A DNA stretch of 64,000 nucleotides from an uncultured Chryseobacterium sp. (lineage in GTDB: Bacteria > Bacteroidota > Bacteroidia > UBA10329): NCBI GenBank assembly GCA_964488095.1, contig CAZATP010000013.1, positions 3,576 to 67,575 of the forward strand, written 5' to 3'. Made by a program: the position numbers and the translations under genes. Of the stretch, positions 45,842 through 55,396 are shown one piece after another (position 1 is the stretch's first letter; each line of letters starts with the position of its first letter). The notes beneath the pieces are model-generated. The model had not been told where the DNA came from and did no database searches. It worked only from the letters and a program-made list of their open reading frames with translations.

Positions 45842-47149
45842 TCAATCAAAGACCGCAACGGTGATGCCTTCCGTCTCAGAGGGCCAGTTGCGCACGTTCA
45901 ACGTCCGGCCATTCATCGTCAGCGTGATGGACTCCGGTTCTGCCGTGGGGAAGAACATGTCCACCCCGGCCAGGAACGGGAAATTGGCGAAGAGGCCAAC
46001 GGCATTGCCATCCGTCTGGCCGTTGCCATTGTCATAGAGGAAGAACGCGATGGAGGTGTTCTCTTCTGAGGCGAATTCAGGAGTGCTCAGCTCAAGGCCG
46101 TTCACGTTCAGGTCGTCCCTTCCCGAAATGACCGCATTGCTGCTGGCAAAGGCGATGACCACCGCCTGCGCATCATTCTCGGGCAGACTGGCCAACAGCA
46201 GCCCCGCCAGCGATGACGGGGGCGGCATGGCCCGCAGATAGACCAGATTGTCGGAGGTGAGGAACGGCTCGCGGTAGTAGTGCAGCTTGCGGCCATTGGC
46301 CTCGGCAGGGGTCACCTCAAACTCATAGTGCTGTCCTTCCAATGCATTGAAACAGCCCCATTGGCCATATTCATTGGTGGTATAGGTGACCACAGGCTCC
46401 TCCGAGCTGCGGAATCCCGTGGCGGCCTCCACGGTGTACACCTTCACGATGGCGTTCACCAGCGGTTCGTTCTCGCCCAGCGTGAGCACCTTGCCACCCA
46501 CGGCCCGGATGCCATCGCTGACAACGGTGGTCGATGCGGGCGATGCGCCTTGGAAGAACTCGAACATGGCCGCGAACGTCTCTGCCGAGGTCGCCACCTC
46601 ATAGTGGTCCTTGGCGGCCAGTTGCAGATTCGAGGCCCCGGGAATGTCGGCCCCGGCCGCCACGGCATCATAGGGCGACCATATATTCAGGGTAGGTACT
46701 TCGCCATTCGGTCCCGCAGGCCCGGTCTGCGGGTTGGAGCCGATGTGCACGTAGTGCGCCACCTTCGCGGCCCGTGTGGCGTCAGAGAGGTAATCGTAGC
46801 CCAGACCGCCACCCGCGCTGTGACCCACGAGGTTCACCTGCGCGGCTCCGGTGCGCTCCAGCACACCTTCGATGAACGCGTCCAGCAGGGCAGGGGAGGA
46901 GCCTCCACCGCCCAGACTGTTCCAATCATACACGTAGACGGACTGCCCGCAGTAATCATTCTGCACGAACCGTTTCACCTGTCCGGCATACGTGTCGCCC
47001 GAGGCCAGGAAACCGTGGCACATCACGATGGGGGTGAGGGTGGTGTCGCAGGCAGCGGTCTGGTCGCCCGGGTTGAGAGGCGTCTCATCATCAGAACAGG
47101 CGGAGATGCCAAGTACAAAAAGAAACAGGAGGAGGTTCAGTTTTTTCAT
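45842..47149 (-). CDS. lipase/esterase lipoprotein (alpha/beta hydrolase, GHSAGG nucleophile elbow)
   Basis: Lipobox LGISACSD, with …VNLVGHSAGGG…. Stop/start abuts the C25 protease gene. Confidence 0.6.
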   Translation of the reverse strand: MKKLNLLLFLFVLGISACSDDETPLNPGDQTAACDTTLTPIVMCHGFLASGDTYAGQVKRFVQNDYCGQSVYVYDWNSLGGGGSSPALLDAFIEGVLERTGAAQVNLVGHSAGGGLGYDYLSDATRAAKVAHYVHIGSNPQTGPAGPNGEVPTLNIWSPYDAVAAGADIPGASNLQLAAKDHYEVATSAETFAAMFEFFQGASPASTTVVSDGIRAVGGKVLTLGENEPLVNAIVKVYTVEAATGFRSSEEPVVTYTTNEYGQWGCFNALEGQHYEFEVTPAEANGRKLHYYREPFLTSDNLVYLRAMPPPSSLAGLLLASLPENDAQAVVIAFASSNAVISGRDDLNVNGLELSTPEFASEENTSIAFFLYDNGNGQTDGNAVGLFANFPFLAGVDMFFPTAEPESITLTMNGRTLNVRNWPSETEGITVAVFD

Positions 47150-47190
47150 CGTCTTGATTTTCAGGTGGTCAATTTATACAAATACTGTTC

Positions 47191-47204
47191 GCGGACGCGT
47201 CCGC
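47191..47204. promoter_or_regulatory. perfect 14-bp palindrome GCGGACGCGTCCGC in divergent promoter region
   Basis: Read directly. Lies between the lipase gene (minus, start 47149) and the ABM/methyltransferase genes (plus, start 47243). A second short inverted repeat GCGCGCT…AGCGCGC follows. Confidence 0.5.
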
Positions 47205-47242
47205 CCAAAGTCCGTTAGCTTCGCGCGCTCAAAACAGCGCGC

Positions 47243-47533
47243 ATGATCGTCCGCATCGTAAGACTCACTTTCAGGCCCGAGCACGTGGAGGATTTCCTCC
47301 ACATTTTCGAGGAGAGCAAACGGCTGATCCGAGGTTCTGACGGCTGCCATGGCGTGCGGCTGATGCGCGATGTGCAGCAGCAGAATGTGTTCTTCACCAT
47401 CTCCGAATGGCAGTCGGAGGCCCATTTGGAGCGTTATCGGGAGTCGGAGCTTTTCCGCAGCACGTGGGCGCGCACCAAAGTGCTGTTCGCAGTGCCACCG
47501 TTGGCCCATTCCATCAGCGATACTGGCCGATGA
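47243..47533 (+). CDS. antibiotic-biosynthesis-monooxygenase (ABM) domain protein
   Basis: 96 aa. Ferredoxin-like beta-alpha-beta pattern MIVRIVRLTF…FFTISEWQSEAHLERYRES…. Confidence 0.55.
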   Translation: MIVRIVRLTFRPEHVEDFLHIFEESKRLIRGSDGCHGVRLMRDVQQQNVFFTISEWQSEAHLERYRESELFRSTWARTKVLFAVPPLAHSISDTGR

Positions 47534-48927
47534 TGCCTGCCGGACCATCACGTAAGGAGATTCTGGAGCGCGTCTCCGCTGGAACAGGTCTTCTGGACGA
47601 TGCCGCGCGGCAGGAGTTCATTTCCGCACACGACCTTCCGGTGCCCGTCAGCATCCGAATGAACCCGCTCAAATGGTTCGGCCGGCCAGCGTTGGAGCCA
47701 GTGCCCTGGTGCCCCGATGCCTATTATCTGGAACAGCGACCCACGTTCACCTTCGACCCGCGGTTCCACGCAGGGGCCTACTACGTGCAGGAAGCGGGCT
47801 CCATGTTCCTGGAGCAGGCCATCCGCGCCACCGGCCTGGCGGGCAGCGGGTGCGTGGTCCTCGATCTCTGCGCAGCCCCCGGGGGCAAATCGACCCATGT
47901 GCTTTCCCTCTTGGGCAGGGACGCCCTGTTGGTGAGCAACGAGGTGGTGCGGCCTCGGGCGCGCATTCTCTGCGACAACATCACCAAGTGGGGGCATGCG
48001 AATGTCTGCGTCACCGGGAGCGACCCTGCCCTGTTCGATGGGCTGCCCGAGTTCTTCGACCTCGTGGTGGTCGATGCACCCTGTTCAGGCGAGGGGCTTT
48101 TCCGCAAGGATGCCGATGCCATGCAGCATTGGTCCGAAGAGGCCGTGGCCCATTGCGCTGTGCGTCAGTTGGACATACTTGGGCATGCGTGGAACGCCCT
48201 GCGGCCGGGAGGATATCTGGTCTACAGCACCTGCACCTACAACCGCTTGGAGAACGAGGAGAATGTGGCCCGTGTACTGGAGTGGGGCGGAAGCTGCATC
48301 CCCATTCCCGTTGAGGAGCAGTGGGGCATCACCACGGTTCAGGAGCACGGGGTGGTGGCCTATCGGTTCATGCCACACCGCACCAAGGCCGAGGGTTTTT
48401 TCCTGTCGTTGATACGGAAGAACGGGGATGCAGGGGGCTTCCGGCCAGCGGCACCGCGCGGATTCTGGAAATCCCTTCCGCAGAAGGAAACGGAGGACTG
48501 GATGCCGAGAGGGCAGGAGGGCCTGCGACTCATCAAGATGGACGACCGCGTGGTGGCCATCCCGCCCCTGATGGAAGACCTGTTCCCGGCCATCTCGCGC
48601 AGCGTCTATCCGTTGCAGTTCGGCACAGAGGTGGCCCGGTCCGTGAAAGGACAGGTGGTGCCATCGCATGCATGGGCGGCATCCGGGCACTTGAACGATG
48701 ATGCATTCCCTTGTATGGAAGTGGGTCTTTCCGAGGCGGTGCAGTATCTGCGGGGAAATCCCATCCCCGCTCAGGGAGCGAAAGGTTTCGGACGGGTGAG
48801 CTACGATGGGCTGTCGCTCGGATTGGCCAAAGGCGCTGGCAACCGATGGAACAATCTCTACCCGGACCAGCTGCGCATCCGCGACATGCGCACCCCCCTC
48901 TCTGAGGTCATTCTTCCGCCTCTGTGA
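47530..48927 (+). CDS. rRNA cytosine-C5 methyltransferase (NOL1/NOP2/Sun family; RsmF/RsmB-like)
   Basis: SAM-binding DLCAAPGGKST, the catalytic DAPCSGEG, and …YSTCT… are present. Internal start MMPAGPS overlaps the ABM stop. Confidence 0.75.
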   Translation: MMPAGPSRKEILERVSAGTGLLDDAARQEFISAHDLPVPVSIRMNPLKWFGRPALEPVPWCPDAYYLEQRPTFTFDPRFHAGAYYVQEAGSMFLEQAIRATGLAGSGCVVLDLCAAPGGKSTHVLSLLGRDALLVSNEVVRPRARILCDNITKWGHANVCVTGSDPALFDGLPEFFDLVVVDAPCSGEGLFRKDADAMQHWSEEAVAHCAVRQLDILGHAWNALRPGGYLVYSTCTYNRLENEENVARVLEWGGSCIPIPVEEQWGITTVQEHGVVAYRFMPHRTKAEGFFLSLIRKNGDAGGFRPAAPRGFWKSLPQKETEDWMPRGQEGLRLIKMDDRVVAIPPLMEDLFPAISRSVYPLQFGTEVARSVKGQVVPSHAWAASGHLNDDAFPCMEVGLSEAVQYLRGNPIPAQGAKGFGRVSYDGLSLGLAKGAGNRWNNLYPDQLRIRDMRTPLSEVILPPL

Positions 48928-49921
48928 CCACCTGCTTACGCCCGAGCACTTCTTCCGCGAAATTCACGGAGGCTCGGAGCACGGCATCCACATTGCCACC
49001 GCGCATGTCATTGGTTATCACGTGGCCTGTGGCATCCGAGAACTCCACAAAGCGCTTGCGGTCGGGCGCGGTGCCGAGCTGCGGCATCATCTCGCGCATC
49101 GCCTGCACGGAAACGGTGCGGTCCTGCTCGGTCTCATTCTTATAGTAGCAGCCCACGAAAACGGGCTGCATGATTCTTTGGAATGTCCCGGAGTGCATCG
49201 TGGCATCGAGCACCGATTGCACGGTGACAATGGATTCCAATCGATAACTGGTCTGCCAGTAGCGCTGAATCTCCTCGCTCGCCTCAAACCCTCGGCTCCT
49301 GCCGCCCGAAAGGAGCCTTGCCAGTTGCAGTCCCCACGGTCCTGTGATGAGTTTGGCGTTCGGGTCGAAGATGGCGATGTTGGGCGAGTAGCACACCACC
49401 GCTGTAATCTCGGGGTCGTGGGCCGCCAGGTAGAGTGCCCAGGTGGCCCCGGTGCTGGAACCCATCACGATGACCTTCTTCCCGATGACCTTCCCGATGG
49501 CGATGGCCTCTTTCGCTGACTGCAGGTAGTTCTCGGGCGTCAGTCCGATCAGTGCATCCACGGTGTCCAGCCCGTGGCCGAAGAGCCTGGGTTCGAACAG
49601 GTTCATCCCGAAGGTCCGGGCGAATGCGGTGGTCACCGGGCGTCCTTCCACCTTGCTGGCAGAGAAACCGTGCAGGAACACCACAGCGAATTCCGTCCGC
49701 GCCACCGTGTCGTTGGCCCAGGTGATACTCGCCTCATTGTCGGGCTTCAGCGACACATGCTTCGATTCGCGCTCCCGCAGCATCGCATCAAGCTCATGCA
49801 GGTTTGTTCGGAGTTCCAGAGGCGTGGCGTCCAGTTCTGCTTCGCTGGCGCGCGGGCCGAGCAGATAGATGGCAACAACGGCCACCACCAGGGCCAGTAG
49901 GACTTTGACGGCCTTGCTCAT
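48908..49921 (-). CDS. alpha/beta hydrolase (esterase/lipase-like; GSSTG nucleophile elbow), N-terminal membrane anchor/signal
   Basis: 337 aa, with …VFLHGFSAS… and …VIVMGSSTGATWALYLA…. Confidence 0.65.
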   Translation of the reverse strand: MSKAVKVLLALVVAVVAIYLLGPRASEAELDATPLELRTNLHELDAMLRERESKHVSLKPDNEASITWANDTVARTEFAVVFLHGFSASKVEGRPVTTAFARTFGMNLFEPRLFGHGLDTVDALIGLTPENYLQSAKEAIAIGKVIGKKVIVMGSSTGATWALYLAAHDPEITAVVCYSPNIAIFDPNAKLITGPWGLQLARLLSGGRSRGFEASEEIQRYWQTSYRLESIVTVQSVLDATMHSGTFQRIMQPVFVGCYYKNETEQDRTVSVQAMREMMPQLGTAPDRKRFVEFSDATGHVITNDMRGGNVDAVLRASVNFAEEVLGRKQVVTEAEE

Positions 49922-49927
49922 GCGCTG

Positions 49928-51187
49928 TTATTCCGGTAGGCCAACGCGCAGGGTCACCTCCTCGATGCGCGTGCCTTCCATCTTGTCGATATGGAAATCG
50001 AAATGGTCGATATGGATTTCCTCGCCCTCTTGCGGGATGCTCTGGTGATGGGTGATGATGAAGCCTGCCAATGTGCCATAATCCTCCGATTCCTCTATCC
50101 CGAGGTCGAACTCCTCATTGAGGTAGGTCACATCGTGACGGCCTGAGAGCCTGAAGACGTTCGGGCTTACCTGTTCTTCCAGCAGGTCTTCCGTGTCATG
50201 CTCATCGTCAAAATCCCCGAAGATCTGCTCGATGATGTCCTCCAGGGTGATCATGCCGGCCGTTCCACCGAACTCATTCAGCACCACGGCCACGCTGCGG
50301 TGCTGCTGTGCGAACTGCTTGAGCAGGTCCTTGGCCTTTGTGCTCTCCGGCACCAGACTGATGGGCCGGATGATGCTGTGGATGTTCTTGGGGTTCTGGA
50401 AAAGTTCGAACGAGTGCACGTAACCGATGATGTTGTCAATCTCATCGCGGTAGATGAGCATCTTGGAATAACCTGTGTCGATGAGTTTCTGGCGCAGTTC
50501 CTCCACGGGGCTGTTGATGTCCATGGCCTCAATCTCCGTGCGCGGCACCATGCACTCGCGCACTTTCAGCTCTGAGAAGGCCAGTGCGTTCCGGAAAATG
50601 CGCACCTCGTTCTCCACATTGTCCTCCTCCGTTCCGCTGGTGCTGAACTCGTTGACGAACTGGTCCAGGTCGCCCCTTCCGAAACTGATCTTCTCCTCGT
50701 TCACCCGCATCTTGAAAACGGCCGAGACCAGCTTGTTCGAGAAGCGGTCGATCACCCAGACGATGGGGTAGAGGAGGGTGTAGATGACCTTGGCCGGAAT
50801 GGCGAACAGGGTCAGCATCCGGTTCGGGTTGATGCGGAAGAAGGCCTTGGGGATGAACTCAGCCGTGACCAGTACGATGAGCGTGGCCACGACCGTCTGC
50901 AGCAGCAGAATGGCCATGTTGCTGTTGATGTAGGGCTGCATCAGCGGTTCCAGCACAGAGGCCATGAGGATGCCGTAGACCACGAGCGCAATGTTGTTGC
51001 CCACCAGCATGGTGCTGATGAAACTGGACGGACGCTCAAGGAAACCCGAGATGATGTTGGCGGCCGTGCTCCCTTTCTTGCGTTCCACCTCCAGCTTGAA
51101 GCGGTTCGCAGAGATGAAGGCGATCTCCATGCCCGAGAAGAAGGCCGATAGCAGCAGGCAGACCAGTATGGCGATGGTCAGGCTCAT
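49928..51187 (-). CDS. CNNM(DUF21)-CBS pair-CorC_HlyC 'hemolysin family' membrane protein (GldE-like)
   Basis: N-terminal four TM helices with …FFSGMEIAFISAN…, two CBS domains, and a C-terminal CorC/HlyC transporter-associated domain. Confidence 0.8.
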   Translation of the reverse strand: MSLTIAILVCLLLSAFFSGMEIAFISANRFKLEVERKKGSTAANIISGFLERPSSFISTMLVGNNIALVVYGILMASVLEPLMQPYINSNMAILLLQTVVATLIVLVTAEFIPKAFFRINPNRMLTLFAIPAKVIYTLLYPIVWVIDRFSNKLVSAVFKMRVNEEKISFGRGDLDQFVNEFSTSGTEEDNVENEVRIFRNALAFSELKVRECMVPRTEIEAMDINSPVEELRQKLIDTGYSKMLIYRDEIDNIIGYVHSFELFQNPKNIHSIIRPISLVPESTKAKDLLKQFAQQHRSVAVVLNEFGGTAGMITLEDIIEQIFGDFDDEHDTEDLLEEQVSPNVFRLSGRHDVTYLNEEFDLGIEESEDYGTLAGFIITHHQSIPQEGEEIHIDHFDFHIDKMEGTRIEEVTLRVGLPE

Positions 51188-51402
51188 GCTTGTCGGTCAC
51201 TTTCTTTCGCCTCCTTCTCCATACGCAGGCGCATTCTTCTTCGGAAAGCATAGAACACGGCTGCCATGAACGCGCCCAGAAAGAACCACTGCGCGGTTTC
51301 CATACCGTAGGTGTTGAAGTGGTAGACACCCATCACCAGCGAGAAAAGGCCGATGGCCAGCCATGCGAACTCAAGGATTCTCAGTACTCTCAGCATCTTC
51401 AA
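51184..51402 (-). CDS. small two-helix membrane protein (72 aa), overlapping both neighbours
   Basis: ORF only. Hydrophobic helices plus a basic C-terminal tail. Overlaps the LptC-like gene by 32 nt and the CNNM gene by 4 nt. The start is uncertain. Confidence 0.35.
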   Translation of the reverse strand: MKMLRVLRILEFAWLAIGLFSLVMGVYHFNTYGMETAQWFFLGAFMAAVFYAFRRRMRLRMEKEAKESDRQA

Positions 51403-51976
51403 TGTTTATGGTGCCTTTGATGTTCTTGATGCGGTATTTCGTGAAATCCTGATTGGATTCCAATCCGTGGCCGAAGATAACCTCATCCTCGGTGGTGATC
51501 TTCACGAATTCCTCGGTGGTGATGCTCTCGGTCTCCTTGTTCCAGACCAGATGTTCGGTGTTCAGCGTCTCGTTGCGCTCGTTCACCACGATCACGTTCT
51601 CCCGCGCTTCCATCACCCCCGTCTGCTCAAAATTGACCGCCCGCTGGGCCCGAAGCTCAGAGCTCACGTTGTTCCGATTGTCGAAGAAGCGCATGTGAAC
51701 CCCTCCGGACATTTCAAGCCGGGGATTCATGCCTGCATACCTGTCCATCTGCTTCGCATCCAGGATCACACGCACAATGGCAGAGTCTGAATAGATGACG
51801 CGGGCATCATAGGCCGTCTCCACAGGCATTTCGGGCGCGTCATTCACAATGGCCGCTATCTGGTCCGGATCGTTGACGCATCCGGTCAGGAAAATGGCCA
51901 AAAACAGAAAAAGGCGAGGAGGCCAATGACCTCCTGCCTTTTTTCCGGAATCGTTATGAGCGGGTTCAGTTGGCAA
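51371..51976 (-). CDS. LptC-like periplasmic lipoprotein (LPS export system)
   Basis: Lipobox FLTGC. Beta-jellyroll-like segment …NVIVVNERNETLNTEHLVWNKETESITTEEFVKITTEDEVIFGHGLESNQDFTKYRIKN resembles the LptC/OstA-like fold. The N-terminal n-region is unusually long, so the true start may differ. Confidence 0.45.
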   Translation of the reverse strand: MPTEPAHNDSGKKAGGHWPPRLFLFLAIFLTGCVNDPDQIAAIVNDAPEMPVETAYDARVIYSDSAIVRVILDAKQMDRYAGMNPRLEMSGGVHMRFFDNRNNVSSELRAQRAVNFEQTGVMEARENVIVVNERNETLNTEHLVWNKETESITTEEFVKITTEDEVIFGHGLESNQDFTKYRIKNIKGTINIEDAESTENP

Positions 51977-53318
51977 AGCGCGCCTTTGTGTCCACAGCTA
52001 TCCAGCCGCCCACCGTCACGGTCTGACCTTCCTGAATGCCGAGGAAGAAACAGTCCTTCTGGCTTGGGAAATACCCGCGCACCTTTGAGATCTGCTTGTT
52101 GGCCTCCTCGGCCACGCTGGAGTCTATGCTCTTCGCCCGGATGAACATGTCCTCTGCGGCCCAGTACCCGTAGGCCTGTGAACAGGCATCGGAACCACAG
52201 GCACGCGATTGGCTGAAATACAGCCCACCTATGTAGACGAGCGGTTCGCCCCAGGATGGCTTCAGGGAGGCAGCCTCCTGAGCTTTCACCCGTGCTGAGG
52301 AGTAGGCCCCTTTAGAGCCCAGGATCTTCGCTTGGGTCAAAAGATATTCAGCCCTTGTCGCTGGGTCCTTCTCCAGCTTCGCGGCCTCTTCCAGATACTT
52401 CATGGCCTCCGTGCTCTTGTCCACCTTCATGTATCCTTCATACATGCTATAGGCCGCTGTGGCCGATGGGTTGATCTTGTACAGGCTTTCGGCCACCTCC
52501 AGATAGAAGGGGTTGGAGGTCCATTTGCGCTTGGACATCATGTTGGCCACTTTCTCCAGAAGAGCTGCGTCAGACGGTGAAGCGGCCACTTTCGGGCGCA
52601 TCAGTTGCACATATTGATCTTCTTGGGCAATGCGCTCAAAGTTCTGGTCCACAACTTCCTGTGCCTGCAGATAGAACTTATAGTTCTTGTCGGCCTCGCC
52701 TTTCGCCAGATTGAAACTGATGACTCCACTCACCTCGTCATAGAGTTCGAAGAGGGTCTCCATTTCCAGTTTCTTGTCGGTGAGCTGTTTCATGGCCGCC
52801 TGATAGAGGCGCAGCACGGCCGTGGATTCCGTCTCGTTCTTACCCAGTGTCAGGGCCTTGCGAAGCGTGGTGTAGGTGTCCGACATATCGTCACCTGCAT
52901 ATTGGTACTGGTCTATGCCTTTGCGGCCCAGTGCATAGGCCTCGTCATCCGGATAGAGCTGAATCCGCTTGTCGTAGACCATCATCAGCGTGTCCACATA
53001 GGCTTTCATCACAGGGGCATTGTCCTTGTTCTTGTCGATGAAGTGCCCAATGATGGTGGGGCCGTTGATGTAGGCATTCTTGATGCTCGGTGTGCTTGCC
53101 GGGCAGTTCAGGAAGGCATACCTCCAACCTACGATGGCATCGTCATAGTTCTTCTGCTTGAAATACTCACGATAGAGGGAGATGTTCTGCAGGCACTCGC
53201 TCTGGTCGCCCTGTGCGAATGCACTGCCACTTGCCAGCATCATGGCCGATACCGTGGCGATGTTCTTCAATCCTTTCACTTTCAGGTCACTCAATTTGTT
53301 GAACATGGTAAACTGCAT
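51966..53318 (-). CDS. TPR-like secreted hypothetical protein
   Basis: Signal peptide …ATVSAMMLASGSAFAQ. Helical repeat composition rich in A/K/E/Y/L. Confidence 0.5.
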   Translation of the reverse strand: MQFTMFNKLSDLKVKGLKNIATVSAMMLASGSAFAQGDQSECLQNISLYREYFKQKNYDDAIVGWRYAFLNCPASTPSIKNAYINGPTIIGHFIDKNKDNAPVMKAYVDTLMMVYDKRIQLYPDDEAYALGRKGIDQYQYAGDDMSDTYTTLRKALTLGKNETESTAVLRLYQAAMKQLTDKKLEMETLFELYDEVSGVISFNLAKGEADKNYKFYLQAQEVVDQNFERIAQEDQYVQLMRPKVAASPSDAALLEKVANMMSKRKWTSNPFYLEVAESLYKINPSATAAYSMYEGYMKVDKSTEAMKYLEEAAKLEKDPATRAEYLLTQAKILGSKGAYSSARVKAQEAASLKPSWGEPLVYIGGLYFSQSRACGSDACSQAYGYWAAEDMFIRAKSIDSSVAEEANKQISKVRGYFPSQKDCFFLGIQEGQTVTVGGWIAVDTKARFAN

Positions 53319-53328
53319 TTATGGTTTG

Positions 53329-54678
53329 TCAATCGTATTTGCGTTTGATGAACCAACGGTCGTTAAGTGTGAATCCGAGTCTGAACACCCAGTAATCCTC
53401 CAAAAGCAGATTGTTAGATATGGTACCACGCTGGCCCCATTCCACCGAAACGTTGATCATGCTCTGAACGAAGAGGTCATTCCCGGCCTTCCGTCTTGCC
53501 ATCGGCAGTCCGAAGCCAATAGTCATGCCATACTCGGAAAGCTGGTTGCCACGGATTGAATATTCACTGCCTCCATAGAATCCACCGACACGGTACTGAA
53601 TGCGTTTGAAGTAGCCGAGAAAGCCACGGTTGAGTGCATCCCCACCGGGTTTGAACTCAACTCCGCCCCTGACAATCCAAGAGTCGGAGAGGGAATCTGA
53701 ACCGCCCTGAGGATTCACATACTGACTCCAGAGCTGCTGATTGAATTCTGCACCGAACATCCAACGGTCACCAATCTTCCACGTCAGTCCCACTCCATAT
53801 TTCCATGGCATTTTGATGCTGCTGCCACTGTTCTCGGTGAAAAGAATTGTATCTCTGAAAATATCAGCGTCAAAGGTGGAAAGCAGATAGGTGCGTGAAA
53901 GCCTGCTGGTGGATGCTCCTACCTGCATGGGGTGTGCGAAGGTGACACCGGCCACAAGCGCATGGCGACCTGCGATCCGTGCAGAATACTGCAGCCCATA
54001 ATCAAGATAGATTCCCCCAACGTTGGTAATGTTGTCCGTGCGAACGTTGAACAGCCCACTGGAAGGGAATTCCACGCGCTGCAACTGGTTCAGTTTCCCG
54101 AAGAGGTAGGAGACGTTAATACCGACCGACAGGTTCTTAAATGGCCTCATTCCGATGCCGATGAACACCTGATTGAGACCGCCATCACCTTGGAACTTGT
54201 AGCGGATGTCCCCGTTGCTGGTGTCGGAATTAGCATACTGCTTCATGTCCGTCACCGAATACTTGCTGCTACTGTACTCTCGGATGCCGAACGCACCGCC
54301 CCACCATTTCGTGATCGGGAAGCCGAGGGTGAGATAGGACAGATTGAAGCGGTTCACCTGCTCCTGCTGTGATGCCGACCTCAAGGTGCCCACGCTGGCA
54401 TAGGCGCCCACATCGAACGAAGTGAATCTCAAAGAAGTATAGGATGCCGGATTCAGGAAATTGACCACGAAAGGAATGCTGTCCTCGCGGATGGCCACGC
54501 CCATGTTGCCCAGACCGGTGGAGCGCACGTTGGCACCGGCCACATTGTTGCCCACACCATAGCGCGCATAGGGTGAGTTGGTGACAGGCTGTGCGATGGA
54601 GGTGTATGCCTGACCAACGAGGAGCAAGGACACCGACAGCAGGGCAGGGTGCCTAAGAGTTATGGAGAAGAATCTCAT
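53329..54678 (-). CDS. putative outer-membrane beta-barrel protein
   Basis: Signal peptide MRFFSITLRHPALLSVSLLLVGQAYTSIAQ. Alternating hydrophobic beta-strand pattern, ending in an aromatic-rich C-terminus (…WFIKRKYD). Confidence 0.5.
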   Translation of the reverse strand: MRFFSITLRHPALLSVSLLLVGQAYTSIAQPVTNSPYARYGVGNNVAGANVRSTGLGNMGVAIREDSIPFVVNFLNPASYTSLRFTSFDVGAYASVGTLRSASQQEQVNRFNLSYLTLGFPITKWWGGAFGIREYSSSKYSVTDMKQYANSDTSNGDIRYKFQGDGGLNQVFIGIGMRPFKNLSVGINVSYLFGKLNQLQRVEFPSSGLFNVRTDNITNVGGIYLDYGLQYSARIAGRHALVAGVTFAHPMQVGASTSRLSRTYLLSTFDADIFRDTILFTENSGSSIKMPWKYGVGLTWKIGDRWMFGAEFNQQLWSQYVNPQGGSDSLSDSWIVRGGVEFKPGGDALNRGFLGYFKRIQYRVGGFYGGSEYSIRGNQLSEYGMTIGFGLPMARRKAGNDLFVQSMINVSVEWGQRGTISNNLLLEDYWVFRLGFTLNDRWFIKRKYD

Positions 54679-55369
54679 GTAATCCCCGAAGGACAAGAAT
54701 AGGGTCTGCAAAGATGGGTCTTTTGAATGCACTTTCAAAGAATGGGAAATCACCGCCCGTACCTACGGTTTTCAGGCCCGGGAACAGCTCGGAAAAGCGG
54801 TCTACCATACCATCGATCTCTGTGAGAATGCCAAGCTGAACCCCACTTCTGATGCATGAGGGAGTGTCGTTGCCGATGAGGTCGGGCGTGGGACCGGGTG
54901 GCAGGAGAGGCAGTTTGTCCGTGTGCTCGGACAAGGCCCGGAATCTCATGCGCATGCCCGGTGAAATACCACCGCCCAGATAAGCCCCTTCGCGCGATAC
55001 CAGCTCATAGGTGATGCATGTGCCCATGTCTATCGCCAGCACGGGGCTTTCCGGAAAATGGGTCCGGGCCCCTATCGCAGCGCATATACGGTCTATGCCA
55101 AGAGTTTCGGGCGTTCCGTAATTGTTGAGGATGGGAAACGGGGTTTTGGAATGAACGAGCAGCGCGTCCCTTTCCCGAATGATGCTCAGAAGTCGGTCAT
55201 CCAGCTTCACCACACTGGCTATGGCCAAGCGGTTGGCCAGTGGATCCATCAGCAACGAAAGGATGAATTCCGCCTCTGATGGTCCGGTCAGAAGCTCACC
55301 TGACGGACCATCCGTGGTGAACCACTGTGCTTTGGTAAGCGTGTTTCCTATATCGATGGTAAGATGCAT
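54653..55369 (-). CDS. coaX: type III pantothenate kinase
   Basis: MHLTIDIGNT…, …GIDRICAAIGA…, and …LAIDMGTCITYE… match the CoaX acetate/sugar-kinase-fold motifs. Confidence 0.8.
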   Translation of the reverse strand: MHLTIDIGNTLTKAQWFTTDGPSGELLTGPSEAEFILSLLMDPLANRLAIASVVKLDDRLLSIIRERDALLVHSKTPFPILNNYGTPETLGIDRICAAIGARTHFPESPVLAIDMGTCITYELVSREGAYLGGGISPGMRMRFRALSEHTDKLPLLPPGPTPDLIGNDTPSCIRSGVQLGILTEIDGMVDRFSELFPGLKTVGTGGDFPFFESAFKRPIFADPILVLRGLHEILLHNS

Positions 55370-55396
55370 GTTGAGCAATGAGAGCGGGGCCGGTCT

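Noticed and set aside
46280-47218. 312-aa plus-strand ORF
   Set aside because: Antisense to the lipase lipoprotein gene. Arg/Gly-rich mirror composition.
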